In this document: positions 1 through 11,100 of the stretch, one piece after another
How the letters are laid out: each line of letters starts with the position of its first letter
How positions within the stretch are numbered: the first letter of the stretch is position 1
Position numbers and translations under genes: made by a program
Source of the DNA: Balamuthia mandrillaris
Lineage: Eukaryota
Reading direction: 5' to 3'
NCBI GenBank assembly: GCA_031835245.2
Contig: JAVKOQ020000084.1
Coordinates: forward strand, 1-64,000
DNA length: 64,000 nt
The notes under the pieces: generated by a model
The model's database searches: none
What the model saw: the letters and a program-made list of their open reading frames with translations, nothing else
Told to the model about the DNA's origin: nothing

Positions 1-706
1 CTTTGAAGAAAGCATCAATAAAGTTGTTCTCAGGGCGGTAATAAACATCGCCACCAGCTCCAACGAACCCCAGCTCCTTAAACATGACTTCATTCAACAT
101 GATCAACTTCTTCGCCGCATCCTCCATTTTGCTATCTCGCTCGCTCGGCCCTTCTTCCTGCTCCAAGGACGAAACAGAGGAATAAGCACGCAAGTCATGC
201 GTCTGCTGTTCCAGTCGTTCTCACCCTTTCAGCGATTTCATCCAACTGACGATGAACTCGAGAGCGATCGATGGAACGTTTGTGAGAGCTTGTATCCAAC
301 ACTTCACATCTACCATAAATCTTTCTCCGTTTAGATTAATCTTTGGTGAGGTTGACAATGATGTAGAAGAGGCAGTTGGTGTAGAGGACAAACAGGACAG
401 CAAAAAGGTTAGTGAAGAGGTTGCTGAAGAGGGCCATGAAGAGGTTTGCAAAGAGCTTGGCAAAGAGGTCGACGAAGAGGTTGGTGAAGAGGTCATCAAA
501 GAACTTGATGATAAGAGCCATGAAGAAGTCAGCAAGGAGGTTGGCACGAAGGATGGCGAAGAGGTCGGCAAGGAGGTCGGCAAAGAGGTTGGCACGAAGG
601 ATGGCGAAGAGGTCGGCAAGGAGGTCGGCAAGGAGGTCGGCAAGAAGACTATCTTGCTAGTAGCAAGGAGATCAGCAGATGTGTAAGCAAGGGCTGAAGA
701 GAACAA
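1..706 (-). pseudogene. SirB1/FBXO21-like transglutaminase-fold protein with Ser/Thr/Pro-rich N-terminus, interrupted by an in-frame TGA; runs off the window start
   Basis: ORF 221..706 ends ...WMKSLKG-TGA(221-223), but the same frame continues ERLEQQTHDLRAY...AAKKLIMLNEVMFKELGFVGAGGDVYYRPENNFIDAFFK to position 1. This matches the LNxVLFxELGFxGxxxxYYxPENSF pattern of the Transglut_core2 (SirB1/FBXO21) family. The true start is uncertain. Confidence 0.6.
410..645. repeat. Degenerate 12-bp tandem repeat (GAGGTCGGCAAG-like) with a near-exact 48-bp higher-order duplication
   Basis: GAGGTTGGCACGAAGGATGGCGAAGAGGTCGGCAAGGAGGTCGGCAA occurs twice in tandem (~538-632); on the minus strand it encodes PTSLPTSLPTSSPSFV repeats. 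Confidence 0.85.
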
Positions 707-792
707 GGTGTGGAGGTGCCTTGGGTCTGGCGTGCAACCAACTTAGCTCGCTTCTTCTTTGCGTAGTAGCGTTGGTTTCGCTCCTGTCGAAG

Positions 793-954
793 CCGCTTTT
801 TTCGCAGAGCCTTTGCTGCTTCCTTCGATTCTTCTTCTTTTTCTTTCTCACGATTTACTTTTTTTCGAGCTTGATACCGCCGTTGAGCCTCAGCAGCCCT
901 CTTCCGTCGAATTCCCTTCGCCTCTTGCAGGCGCTTTACCTCTGCTTTCTTATC

Positions 955-1001
<47 letters not shown>

Positions 1002-1264
1002 CTTTCGAAGGTAGTACTCTCGGTTGTAGGCTTTGCGGTCTGTAAAGGTTAAGGCAGACAAAAAAAACTTTCAGCCAGCAGCAGGGAAATCCACAGCGTC
1101 TCTGCCTTAAGGGGGCTTCTGGTGTTGAAGCTGATTTTAGCAGAGGAAGAGGGCTGCTGAGGCTCAACGGCGGTATCAAGCTCGAAAAAAAGTAGAACGT
1201 GCGAAAGAAAAAGAAGAAGAATCAATCGAAGAAAGCAGCAGCAGAGGCTCTGCGAAAAAAGCGG
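793..1264. repeat. Long inverted repeat (arms ~793-905 and ~1145-1264) around a (CT)n-containing spacer
   Basis: 856-905 is the exact reverse complement of 1145-1194 (50 bp); similarity continues outward with a few mismatches and indels. Confidence 0.9.
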
Positions 1265-1583
1265 ACCAGAAGAAGCGGTTAGCAGCGTACATCACGGACC
1301 CGAGCAGCAACGTTCCCTTTCTTGCGTACCAGCAAAACGAAGAAGCTTAGTGAGCTGGGATGGTGCAGAGACTGAGCAACTCAACTCGGGTTTTTTTGTA
1401 TGCATCTTGATATTATGGGATAATAAGCCCCCTTACATATAATGACGACATGATATTCCACGTCAGCGTCCCCCAAAACGATCTATTGCTGGGGTGGGTG
1501 ATATCTAGGAGGCACAAACAACCCGGGTGTTAAAAAAAAAAGCGCTTGTTGGGTTGCCTGTTTTCCCGCTACTACCCCCATCC

Positions 1584-2729
1584 ATGGAGTCTGGGTCAGG
1601 CCATGAGCTGAAACTCTTGAGTGAAGATAACGAGGAGCTTTTTTCCAGAGATCTGGTCGAAAAGGCTTCCAAACTCTCTGTGCGGAAAGGGAAGCGAAAA
1701 GAAATTCACACAGTTAAAATAAAAGAGGGGCAGGTAGTTGTGTATCCTTCACAAGGAACTCCTTTCAGGCTCAACGCCGCAAGCGCCACCGTGGGAGAGG
1801 TATACACTGCCCTAAAAGAAACCTTTCCTCGGCATATAAGAAACCTTTTTCCCGAGGAAGTTGGTGAGTGTCTTCCCTACACTTGAAAAAATAGTCACCA
1901 ATTATTTTCGACTTACAACATCGTTCTCTCGACGCAATAGGGCAAAAATCAGTCCAGGAACAGCTCCAGAGGGAGAAGGAGCTGCGTTTATTGGCAGAAA
2001 ACGAGCTCCAGAGGGAAAAGGAGCTGCGATTATTGGCAGAAAAAGAGCTCCAGAGTGAGCGGCAACTTAGAAAGCTATCCTCCCTCAGCGCCGCCAGCTA
2101 TGCCTCAGTAGGAGCGCAAGTCTGTCGTGGCCAAGAAGACCCAACTGAAATAATCACCAACTATATTGAACCGGTGGACACTACAACACTCCAATCCCTG
2201 TGGGTGCGTGTCTTTAACGAAATACCCATCCCCGAGGCTGGTGGTGGGGAGCCACAACTTCAACACTTCATGGACCAAATGGTGCGGCTAATTACACACC
2301 AAGGGCCACTAAAAGAGTTCAACAACAGGTACCTAGCAGGTGTCATTTTTCAGATAGCGTTTATACACTACTGACCATTATAATACCAAAACTACAGCTA
2401 CATTCTCCCGTTAAGACCTGACATTTCCTTGGTTTCATCCACTGACAACTGTGTTCAGTGGAACAACCTGGTGATGACAGGCGAGATTGAAACGAATTTG
2501 CAGGAGAAGCTGAACCACGGACTTGGGCAAGCGGTTACCTATGGTTCGCGCGCATTGTTGGCCCAGACAGCTCGGCAATTTATTTTTTGTATTCTGACTT
2601 CTGTAGACGAAATCATGTTCGTCAGGATAACGAGGGAAGAGAAGATGATCGCAAGGACAAACAAAATGCCACTCTTCCCCTTAGTACATTCTTTACCTTT
2701 CTCCTTCATCCTCATTCATATTAACGATT

Positions 2730-2773
<44 letters not shown>

Positions 2774-3784
2774 CTCTTTACACAGGGATCTTCCAGGCCC
2801 ACCTTTCCGACTGAAGGCTTCGAAATACTAGTTCGCCTGCTGCGGTCCAAGCCTGATAAGCACGGTTATCAATTGCCAAGTTTTCCTGAGACGCTTGTGG
2901 TGGGCGAGCATTGTCTTGACCTGAACTCCCTTTTGGGCCTCTCAACGAGCCTAGTCTACAAGGCGACAATGGAAAGCGGAACGGTAGTGGCTGTCAAGTG
3001 CACTCCGCAAGGAAATGGGCAGTTCCAATCCGAACTGCAAGCGTTGCAGAAGCTGAAGGGCATAGAAGGCGTCCCCTCCCTTATAGGGTATGGAGCTTGC
3101 TTGGGCCTAAATTACGATGCGTTGATAATGGCCCCCTGTGGACTCCCTTTACTACAAATGATCCAATCTGGTGACGGGTTCCTTCCTTGTGAACAAGCTT
3201 ATATCTTCGCCGTGCAAGTGTTGGGTGTCCTTGAGGAAGCTCATCAGCGTGGGGTGATGCACGGAGACATTCGTCCTCACAACCTTGTTTTAGCCAACGA
3301 ACGGATGATATTAGTGGACTGGGGACTTGCTCTTCTGAGTGAAGATGTGGCGGAAATTATCGTTCGGGGCTCTGGTCACTTTTCCCCAACCGGACTGCTT
3401 TTGGCGGAAGAGGAGCAACGAGCCTACACCTACACCATGCATGATGACTTGGAAAGCCTGGCTTACACTATTGCCTGGATGATGAACGGCATGCTCCCAT
3501 GGCAGTCTTCTTCATGCACCACCCGAAAAGCCCTGCTAAAGAGCAGAGACTCCTTCCAGTTCCCAAATGCTGTGCAATGCTTCCTTGACGAGATTCGTTC
3601 CCTTCGAGGCGTGAGTTTGACCAGCGAACACTATGATCGCTTGCGTGGGTGTTTCGCAGATGAGAAACAAGAAGAAGCCTGCGAGGCCATTCTCAGTTCT
3701 GGAAGGCGCAAAGGAAAAAAGTGTGGAAGGGTGCGTTGCCATTATCACACTACTAAGCCAACGGCAATCGAGTGTCATGCTTAG
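1584..3784 (+). CDS. Crinkler (CR)-like protein: N-terminal domain, coiled-coil repeat, PD-(D/E)xK REase-like domain, atypical (FunK1/CR-type) protein kinase and C-terminal Cys/His motif; 4 exons
   Basis: Introns 1864-1940, 2329-2397 and 2684-2785 (all GT-AG) join the ORF pieces in frame. REase-like motifs: RPDISL...GEIE...GQAVTY...FCILTS. Kinase motifs: VAVK, HGDIRPHN, DWG, DDLESLAY. C-terminal CEAILSSGRRKGKKCGRVRCHYH. Confidence 0.75.
1958..2054 (+). repeat. 42-bp tandem coding repeat encoding LQREKELRLLAE(N/K)E coiled coil (~2.3 copies)
   Basis: AGCTCCAGAGGGAGAAGGAGCTGCGTTTATTGGCAGAAAACG is followed by a near-identical copy and a partial third copy. Confidence 0.85.
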
Positions 3785-3893
3785 CTAGGAACACATTCCA
3801 TTATTCTCTATTCATTGCTCACTTTACCTCTTTTTTTTGTATAAAGCCGTCGTTTTTTCTTTTCTTTTCTTCTATTAAACATACACAAACCCG

Positions 3894-4160
3894 TTAAAGT
3901 CCACATATGTCCTGCATCTCCACCTGGGAACAAGGCATTCTCCAGGGACTTCCAGGCCACAAAAATGGCACGCAAAGGTCTTGCTGGCCAGATGATTCTG
4001 CTGCTCTTCCCAGATGATCCTCGTGTAGGAGGCCGCAGGTCACATAGGTGTAAGCTTCGTCGCAAATAATGACCTGGCAGGAAGGGCATTCTCTGGCCTT
4101 GTTGATCAAACGCTTTCCGAAGGGCCGGCGCTCGGCTTCGCCATTTTCTCTACTGGTCAA
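3894..4160 (-). pseudogene. Possible degenerate IBR/RING2-like fragment
   Basis: ARECPSCQVII...YVTCG...FLWPGSPW resembles the RBR RING2 pattern KxCPxCxxxIxKxxGCxHMxC...FCWxCxxxW, but several metal ligands are missing and there is no ATG. Confidence 0.3.
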
Positions 4161-4559
4161 ATTTGCGGAAATACGGCCGGATATCTGCCTTCTTTCTCCT
4201 CCATATTAGTTAAACTAAACAAATAAACGGCCGGATATACACTGGGAGGCAAATGTGTTTACCGTTTATACGAGCGTTTATACGGTCCATTACCAAGAAG
4301 AGGATGCACTGTCTACTTCATTCTTGTTTTCTTCGTCAAAGTTTTCTTCTTGTTCTTCTTGTTCTTCTTTTTCTTCGTGGTCTGTTGTTCAAAAAAAAAA
4401 AGTAAGGCTAACATTCGTCTGCACAAAGGACGGATGAAGCCAGAGCTTGAACGCAAGCTAGCAGAGGGAGAGAGAGAAGAGGGAGAGGGAGAGGGAGAGG
4501 GAGAGAGAGAGAGAGAGGAAGAAAGAGAAACGACAAGAAAGAAGTTACCATCTCGCTTT

Positions 4560-6080
4560 AATGTTCTGCCAGGGGACCCTATCTCTACAACTTTGATCTG
4601 GAGACATTCGATGCGTAACACTCCCGTAAGTTCTATATCTATTCCAGCCTCTTCCTTGGTCTCTCGTATGGCCGCTTCCCCAGTTTCTCACCTTTAAACA
4701 ATGCTGGTCAAGAAATGAAAGGAAAGAGAGAACAAGTTTGAACAAACCAGCATCAACCCTGCCAGCAGCCGGTATTGCAAAACTCTTGCACAAGCAGAAA
4801 ACGTCCATCCGAACAAACCACCAACGCAAATGCATATATCACTATTGGTAAAGAAGAAGGAGAAGAAGGAAGAAGGAAGAAGAAGGAAGAAGAAACAAAA
4901 CAAGACAAGAAGAACAACGAATAAGACGATCAACATAAAAGAACAAACAGGGAGAGGATGTTAGAGGTTTGAATCTGATGGAAGAGGATGAGTTTGGCAA
5001 GGTTTACATGACTCAGTCGTGTCTTCGATATGTGCTCCAGGCGGGGCGTGCTCATTGAACAGATGTACAGGGAATCGGCTCCACTTTCTTCAATGGATGA
5101 TAAAACATCATCAACCCATCGAAAAGGAGAGAGGAGAGAGGAGAGAGGAAAGAGGAGAGAGAGAGAGCAGAGAAAAAACATAGAACAGAGAACAGTACTT
5201 CTTTTTGTTCCCCTCGTTGGTGCAGAGAGGGCAGATGGTTGGGGTGTTGGGTTCACATGGTAAAGAGGGTGATGCGCGTACAATTGAAAGGCCGTGAGGT
5301 TTTCCAAGCCACACGTTGGGCACTGATACACCGTCTCGTTGCTGTTTCGTTTCCTCCATCATCAGATGAGATCAAAAGGAGGAGGAGGAGGAGGAGGAGA
5401 AAGAGAAGGAGAACGTACTTGTTGTTGGTGCCTTGGGCGGCGATGACCGTGAGAGTGGAAAGCAGGTCCGAGGTGGAGGCTGTCACCATGTTGGCTCCCT
5501 TGTCAAAGCAGGCCAACCGCGTGTGCGCAGAGTTGGCCGCCGTCCAGCTGTGCACCGCTATGAAGGTGCGTTCGTCCGCCTGCCTGACCGCTTCCACCAA
5601 CGGCAAGCCTTTTCATTTGAACACAAAGTGAGCGATGCTGCAAAGCGGACAATAAGAGAAGAAGGACAAAGGAGAAGGAGAAGGAGAAGCAAAGAGAATA
5701 GGTTCAAACGTACGCATTCGATCCATTAGAGTGACCGCCAAGTTTGGTCACCACCAGAGTAATACGGCAAAGCATCAGCAGATGTTCCCACCTCCCCCTC
5801 CTTCATCGTCTTTGTCTTCTTCTTGTTCTTCTTCTTGTCCTTCTTTTGGCTGCTCTTCTTCTCCTTCTCCTTCTCGTGCAACTTCTTCAAGGCGGTGGCC
5901 AGGTCGGCCGCATGCTCCACCTCAACTACCCAAGCCCTCCATCGCCACCAACAGTGAGGAGGCCTCCCCCGTCAGCTCGTTGGACCGCCCGCCCGCAAGG
6001 AACAACAGCCGCGGCGGCCTTCTCCCTCTCAGCGCGGCTTGCGGTTGTTGGAGAGCTCCTTCCTCCACGTCTCCTTCCAT
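4560..6080 (-). pseudogene. Multi-exon Di19/KCMF1-type zinc finger + Nudix hydrolase (NUDT18-like box) gene, disrupted by several frameshifts/deletions
   Basis: Segments in different frames: MEGDVEEG... (ATG 6080), VEHAADLATAL, TLVVTKLGG, FIAVHSWTAA...CFDKGANMVT, YQCPTCG...LYAHHPLYHVN / TICPLC, FALVVCSDGRFLLVQEF, AGRVDAG|EKL..EAAIRETKEEAGIDIELTGVLRIE (Nudix box). Frame breaks lie near 5930, 5761, 4768 and 4681. Confidence 0.65.
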
Positions 6081-7042
6081 GCTTGTTGTTTTTATTTTTT
6101 TTGTGATTTTTTTGATTAAAGAAATTTAAATCAAAATGATAAAAAATTAAATATTTTTTAATTTGCTTTTTTTCTGTGAAACCAAAAAATAAATTTAAAA
6201 AAGAAGGAAAAGTTTACTTGCATTTGTTTGTGTTTTTATGTATGTATGTAAGTTTCAGCAAAAACTCACTAAAACAACAAATAAAATAGGTTTTTAGATT
6301 AGGGGTGTTTTTGTTTTTGTCTCTTCTTCATTTTTGTTTTTTGAAGGGTTATTGTTATGGTTACTATTGTGGTGGTCCGTTTGCTGCTCTCTCCTCTGCG
6401 TCATCCTCCTTTCCTTCTGCTTGACCCTGTTCTTCTTCTTGTTTTTTGTCATTTTCATCCCTATTGTTTTATTTGTTGTTATTGTTGTTGTTGTTTGTGC
6501 CAAGCCAAAAGGTAAAACCTTTTAACCCAGGAAGAACTTGAAGGCAACTGGAAAAGAAATAAAAAAGTTGTGTGATAAGGCTGGTGAGGGAACAACCCAA
6601 TGGATACCAACTCGTTGTGTATAAGGAAAAGACCTTTAATATAATGAAAGAAATAAATATATATACAAGGAGAGATAGGGATAGGTATTATGGAAGAGTG
6701 GTATAACAGTTTATTGTAGGAGCCCAAGGCCTTGCGATCCTTGGTGAGGGGTTAGAGTGCCCTGCTCACCTTTGCTCCTTCTTTTTTTTCCCTAACCAAA
6801 GACAATAAGTTTGTCCTTGAAAATAAGTTTGCTTTTACAAGAACCACTCTCATTGGTCCATGTCCAATCAAGACGGAAGGAAAAAAGATCACACACAAGT
6901 GATTTTGGTGCAAATGCATGCAAGCATGCAGTTGTTAACTTAATAATAAAAGGAAAAAGAAAAAATGAAATGAGAGAAAAAATAAGAAAGAAAAAGAGAA
7001 AAGGGAAAGGAACCAGTATCAGACCCAACAAAGGAGTAGAAC

Positions 7043-7140
7043 AGAGGAGTGGCCCAGCAGAGGAGTGTAGGAGCAGCCCAGTGGAGGAATAGAAGAGTGG
7101 AGGAGTGGCCCAGCAGAGGAGTATAGGAGTGGCCCAACAA
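7043..7140. repeat. Short degenerate tandem repeat (AGGAGTGGCCCAGCAGAGGAGT-like units) inside the CpG-free block
   Basis: GAGGAGTGGCCCAGCAGAGGAGTGTAGGAG at ~7044 and GAGGAGTGGCCCAGCAGAGGAGTATAGGAG at ~7100, plus partial copies. Confidence 0.75.
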
Positions 7141-7892
7141 AAGAGCAGAAGAGTTATCCATAAGTGATTCTTCAAAGATGATGTATATCACTATTTCTTG
7201 CAGAAATACAAACAAAATGAAACAATATGAAACAAAAAGAAACAAAAGTAAGTATCACAAAAAAAAAAAAACAAAACAAAAACAAAAAAAACAAAACAAA
7301 AAAGCAGCAAACCAACAAAAACCAAATAATGACCTAAAGGTATAGCTTTCTGGCCACTGAAGCACATCATGACAATTATAAACACAGTACTTCAATCTAA
7401 GCTGTGTTTTCCCTGTGTTTGTCAAATACTTGACCATAATATCAAGGGCCATCACTAAATAAGAGCCATGTTTGAACTCTCTCTTTGTGTGATGGCCAAA
7501 CACATCAAAGATCTCTTGCTCTGTACAAAGGGTATGTTCTTCTGAAGTCCCAAAAAAGCAGTATGGAAGATAGAGTGAAGAGGAGCAGCAGTTATCACAG
7601 GAAGCTTTTATGGCTTGCATTGAATAGCTCATTTGATTACTGGGCCAAGTGCAGAAAAATCTCTGTCTACTACAGTTTCCCAAGGAATCACCAGTAGTTG
7701 TGCTCTTATCCTCTCCTCTTCATTCTTGCAAAAGTAATCTATGGTTCTTGCTCTCTAACTACCCAAAACAAATAAACAAAAACAAAAAAGTTAAACAAAT
7801 CAAATCCCAAAAAAGGTGTTGCTCAAAGCAACAGCTTGGCATGAAATTGAAATTCATTATTACTAGAAATTTCCTACCATTTATGGCAAAAA

Positions 7893-7900
7893 TGTCGACA
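7893..7900. promoter_or_regulatory. Palindromic TGTCGACA candidate promoter element (also at 17639, 39621, 50851, 56032, 56144; variant at 32368)
   Basis: Recurs in short intergenic regions, mostly about 175-280 bp upstream of start codons. Confidence 0.55.
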
Positions 7901-8124
7901 ATTTATTTCTCTGATGGAGTATTTGGGTTTTGAAATCCTATTGAACGATTCTCTTTAGATTGATGATTGGTTCAAACAATTTTTAACTCAATTGCTGCTG
8001 CCAGCTGGAATCGAACGCGTGACTCCAATATTATTGATAATATTGCCGATAATTACGCATAATTGAGAAAAAATAGGAAAAGAAAAGGAAAAGAAAAAAA
8101 AGAAAGAAAAGAAGTTGACCGGTA

Positions 8125-11100
8125 ATGATCCCCTCTGCGGCAGCTGCCGGCACGACGGCCACCCCGCCCTCCTCCTCCTCCTCCTCCTCCACCTCCAACC
8201 TGGAGGGATGGCTGCACAAGAAGGGAGAGAAAGGGGCCGTCAAGGCCTGGCGCTTGCGCTGGTTCATCAAGAAAGGCAACAAGCTCTTCTACTACAAGAC
8301 CAAGGCCCCCGACGAGGAGCCCAAGGGCTTCATCGACCTGCTGCAGGCCACGAAAGTGCAGCCCTTGTTCATCAAGTCACGCGTACGTCTTTTTTATTTA
8401 TTTTTTGTTTTGAAAAACAAACAAAACTGACCAACAACAACAAAATAAAAGAACGGTTACGGCTTCCGTTTGACTGTCGCTCAACGAGATTACTTTCTTT
8501 GTGCTGCCGTTCGTCGTTTAACTTCTTCTTCTTCTTTTTTTTTTGTTGTTCCGTTCCCTTCTCACCAAAAAAACAAAAAAAAAAACAGACGTACGAGGAG
8601 CGTCAATGGTGGATCGACCAGCTGACCAGCCATATCGTGGAGTTTAGGCAAGGCCTCCTGAGCAGAAACCGTGGCAGCACGGCCGCTATTACCGGTACAT
8701 GGCCTCCCCTCCTCTCTCTTTTTTTCCCCTCCCTTGGGCCTTCTCCGTCTTCTCGATCGTTTTTTTTTTTTGTTGTTGTCCTTTCGATCCTCTGCTCTCT
8801 CTTTCTCGTTCTCTTCTCTGTGTTGTTCTCGTTCTCTCCTCTCCTCCACTCTCCCCTGCTTCTCTTCGCGTTAACAACCGCACGAACAGGAGGAGCATTG
8901 TTGAGCCCACGAAGCAATGGCACCATTGAAGCATCCAAACAGCACGCCGAAGATACGAAACCACCTCACGTGCCGCCTGAGGTCTTGCTCTCCTTCGATG
9001 AGGAAATCTACATCGATGAAGACTACAGCCCCAACAACGAACAACAACCAACCCATTTACCTCCGCAACGTCTCGACACAAACACAAATTTGAGCAACAA
9101 CAACAACAACAACAATACCAGAACACTAAAGAAAACATATTCTTTGGAGGCATCGGCGTTGCAGCGTCACAAGCAGATCAACAACGACCGGCCCAGCCCT
9201 TCTCCTCGTCTTGCCGTCGACACGAACTCGATGGACGTTAGAGCCGCCTCCTCGTCTAAAGACGAAGAAGAGGGAAGAAAGCGAAGTCGTTTTCATGGAA
9301 CGATGATGGAGTTGAGGCCACGCGAGCTGATGGAAGGAGAAACGATATTGCACACGCAGCACCGGGTCGTATTTTATCGCTCCTCTGCGATGCGGTTCCA
9401 AGGAAGCCTGTTTCTTTCCAACTTTCAACTCATTTTTGTTCCGGATCCTTTGTTCTTGGTATTTTTTTTAACTCTTCCTTATATCATGGTCGTTTCTTTT
9501 CTTATTGTTGTTTCTTTCTTTTGCTTTATTACCCCAAACCAGCCAGAAGATACCTTCTACGAAGAAGTTAAAGTACCAATGGCAACCATAGCTCGAGTGG
9601 AAATACTCTCTTCCGATTCGAACGGCGGTCAAGAGGGAGGCACATACTATGGTAGACTCTTTCGCTTTCCTTTGGGGCAGGGCAAGAACAAGAAGCACGC
9701 AAAGAACGTGTCTGCAGTCAACACCAACAATGAGTCGCAACAAGTCGAATTCTTGGAAGTCATTTCCAAAGATATTCGGGTCCTGCGGTTCTCTTTCTTC
9801 CCTAAAACAGACGCACGAAAACAAGTATGTATTCTTCCTTCTTCCTTCTTCTTTCCTCCATCTTCCTTCTTCCTCCTATTTTCTCTTCTGTGTCTTCTAT
9901 CTGCTTCCTTTTTCTTTACGGCTGTATTTTCAGTATTTCTTTTCAGGTTTCGTTCGTTTACCAGTTTTTCTTCTCTGTAGTTTATGGACGCAATAAGCAT
10001 TCACTCACCAGCTTCCATCAACGGAATGTTCGCATTTGCTTACAACCCTCCCGAGAATGAACATTCATCACCATTTTCTTCACAGAATAACATAAGCAAC
10101 GATCGCTCTTTATCTGATCCGGCAAACGTAGGTGGAAAACCGGCTTTTACCTCCAAAGAAGCTCCTGCAGCCCTTCCTTCTCCTTCATTATCTTCCGGAT
10201 CTTCATCTTCATCATCTTCTTCTGCTTCATCTCGTAAACCACTACCACCACCTCCTCGTCCTCCTCGTCAAAACAACAACAACAATAGCAACAAGAATGA
10301 TCCTACTACTAGCATCTTTCCTAAACGTGCCCCTTCTCCTCCTCCTACTTTTTCTTCTTCAAAATCTCGTCCCTTACCTCCTCCTCTTCCTGCCAAACCT
10401 CCCCTTTCTTCGGCTTCGACTTCTGCTTCTTCATTTGTCCCAACTCACTTCAAGTCTCCTCTTCCGCCCTCTTCACTTGACAACAATAAACAACAAACAA
10501 CAAACAACGAAGAACAACGAGATGATGATGATGGATGGAAAGTTTATGATGCAGTTGCGGAGTATGATCGTTTGGGTTTACCAAACGATCATTGGGTGCT
10601 TCTCTCTGATGTGAACAGCACGTTTGGGCTCTGCCCCACGTACCCGCAGGTGCTTTGCCTGCCGAAACGTTTTCCTCCCGAGCTGTTACCCAGCGTGAAG
10701 GAGTTTAGGACCAAAGGCAGGATTCCTGTTTGTTGTTGGAAGCACCCCACTAGCAATGCTGTTATTACAAGGTTTTTTATCTGCGTCTCCTCTCCCTTCT
10801 TTTCTCTTTTTTATTTTGTTGTTCATAAATCCTCTTGTTGGTTTTCTTCTTCCTCATTATCAAAAACAGATGCAGCCAGCCTCGAGTGGGCCTCTCTCGT
10901 CAACGAGGCCACGCCGACGAGCTTCTCATTGCCAACATCCTTCGCGCCAATCCTACCTCCGAGACGCTGTACCTGATGGACGCTCGGCCGAAAGCCAACG
11001 CCATGGCTAATCAAATGGCTAAAGGAGCGGGCTACGAGAGAGAAGACGTATACAAGGACACCAAATTCAAGTTCCTCAACATCGACAACATTCACGTCAT

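Noticed and set aside
252..686. Plus-strand EEVGK-repeat ORF (and the Arg/Ser-rich ORF 412..660)
   Set aside because: Shadow frames of the 12-bp repeat; the minus frame leads into a recognisable domain.
4173..4238. 12-bp direct repeat ACGGCCGGATAT as a TSD or transposon end
   Set aside because: Only about 40 bp apart with no element features between the copies.
7043..7140. CRISPR-like array
   Set aside because: Units are degenerate, lack unique regular spacers, and the context is eukaryotic with no cas genes.
8007..8016. Minus-strand B-box GTTCGATTCC suggesting a tRNA
   Set aside because: No A-box or cloverleaf; an isolated match may be chance or a solo TFIIIC site.
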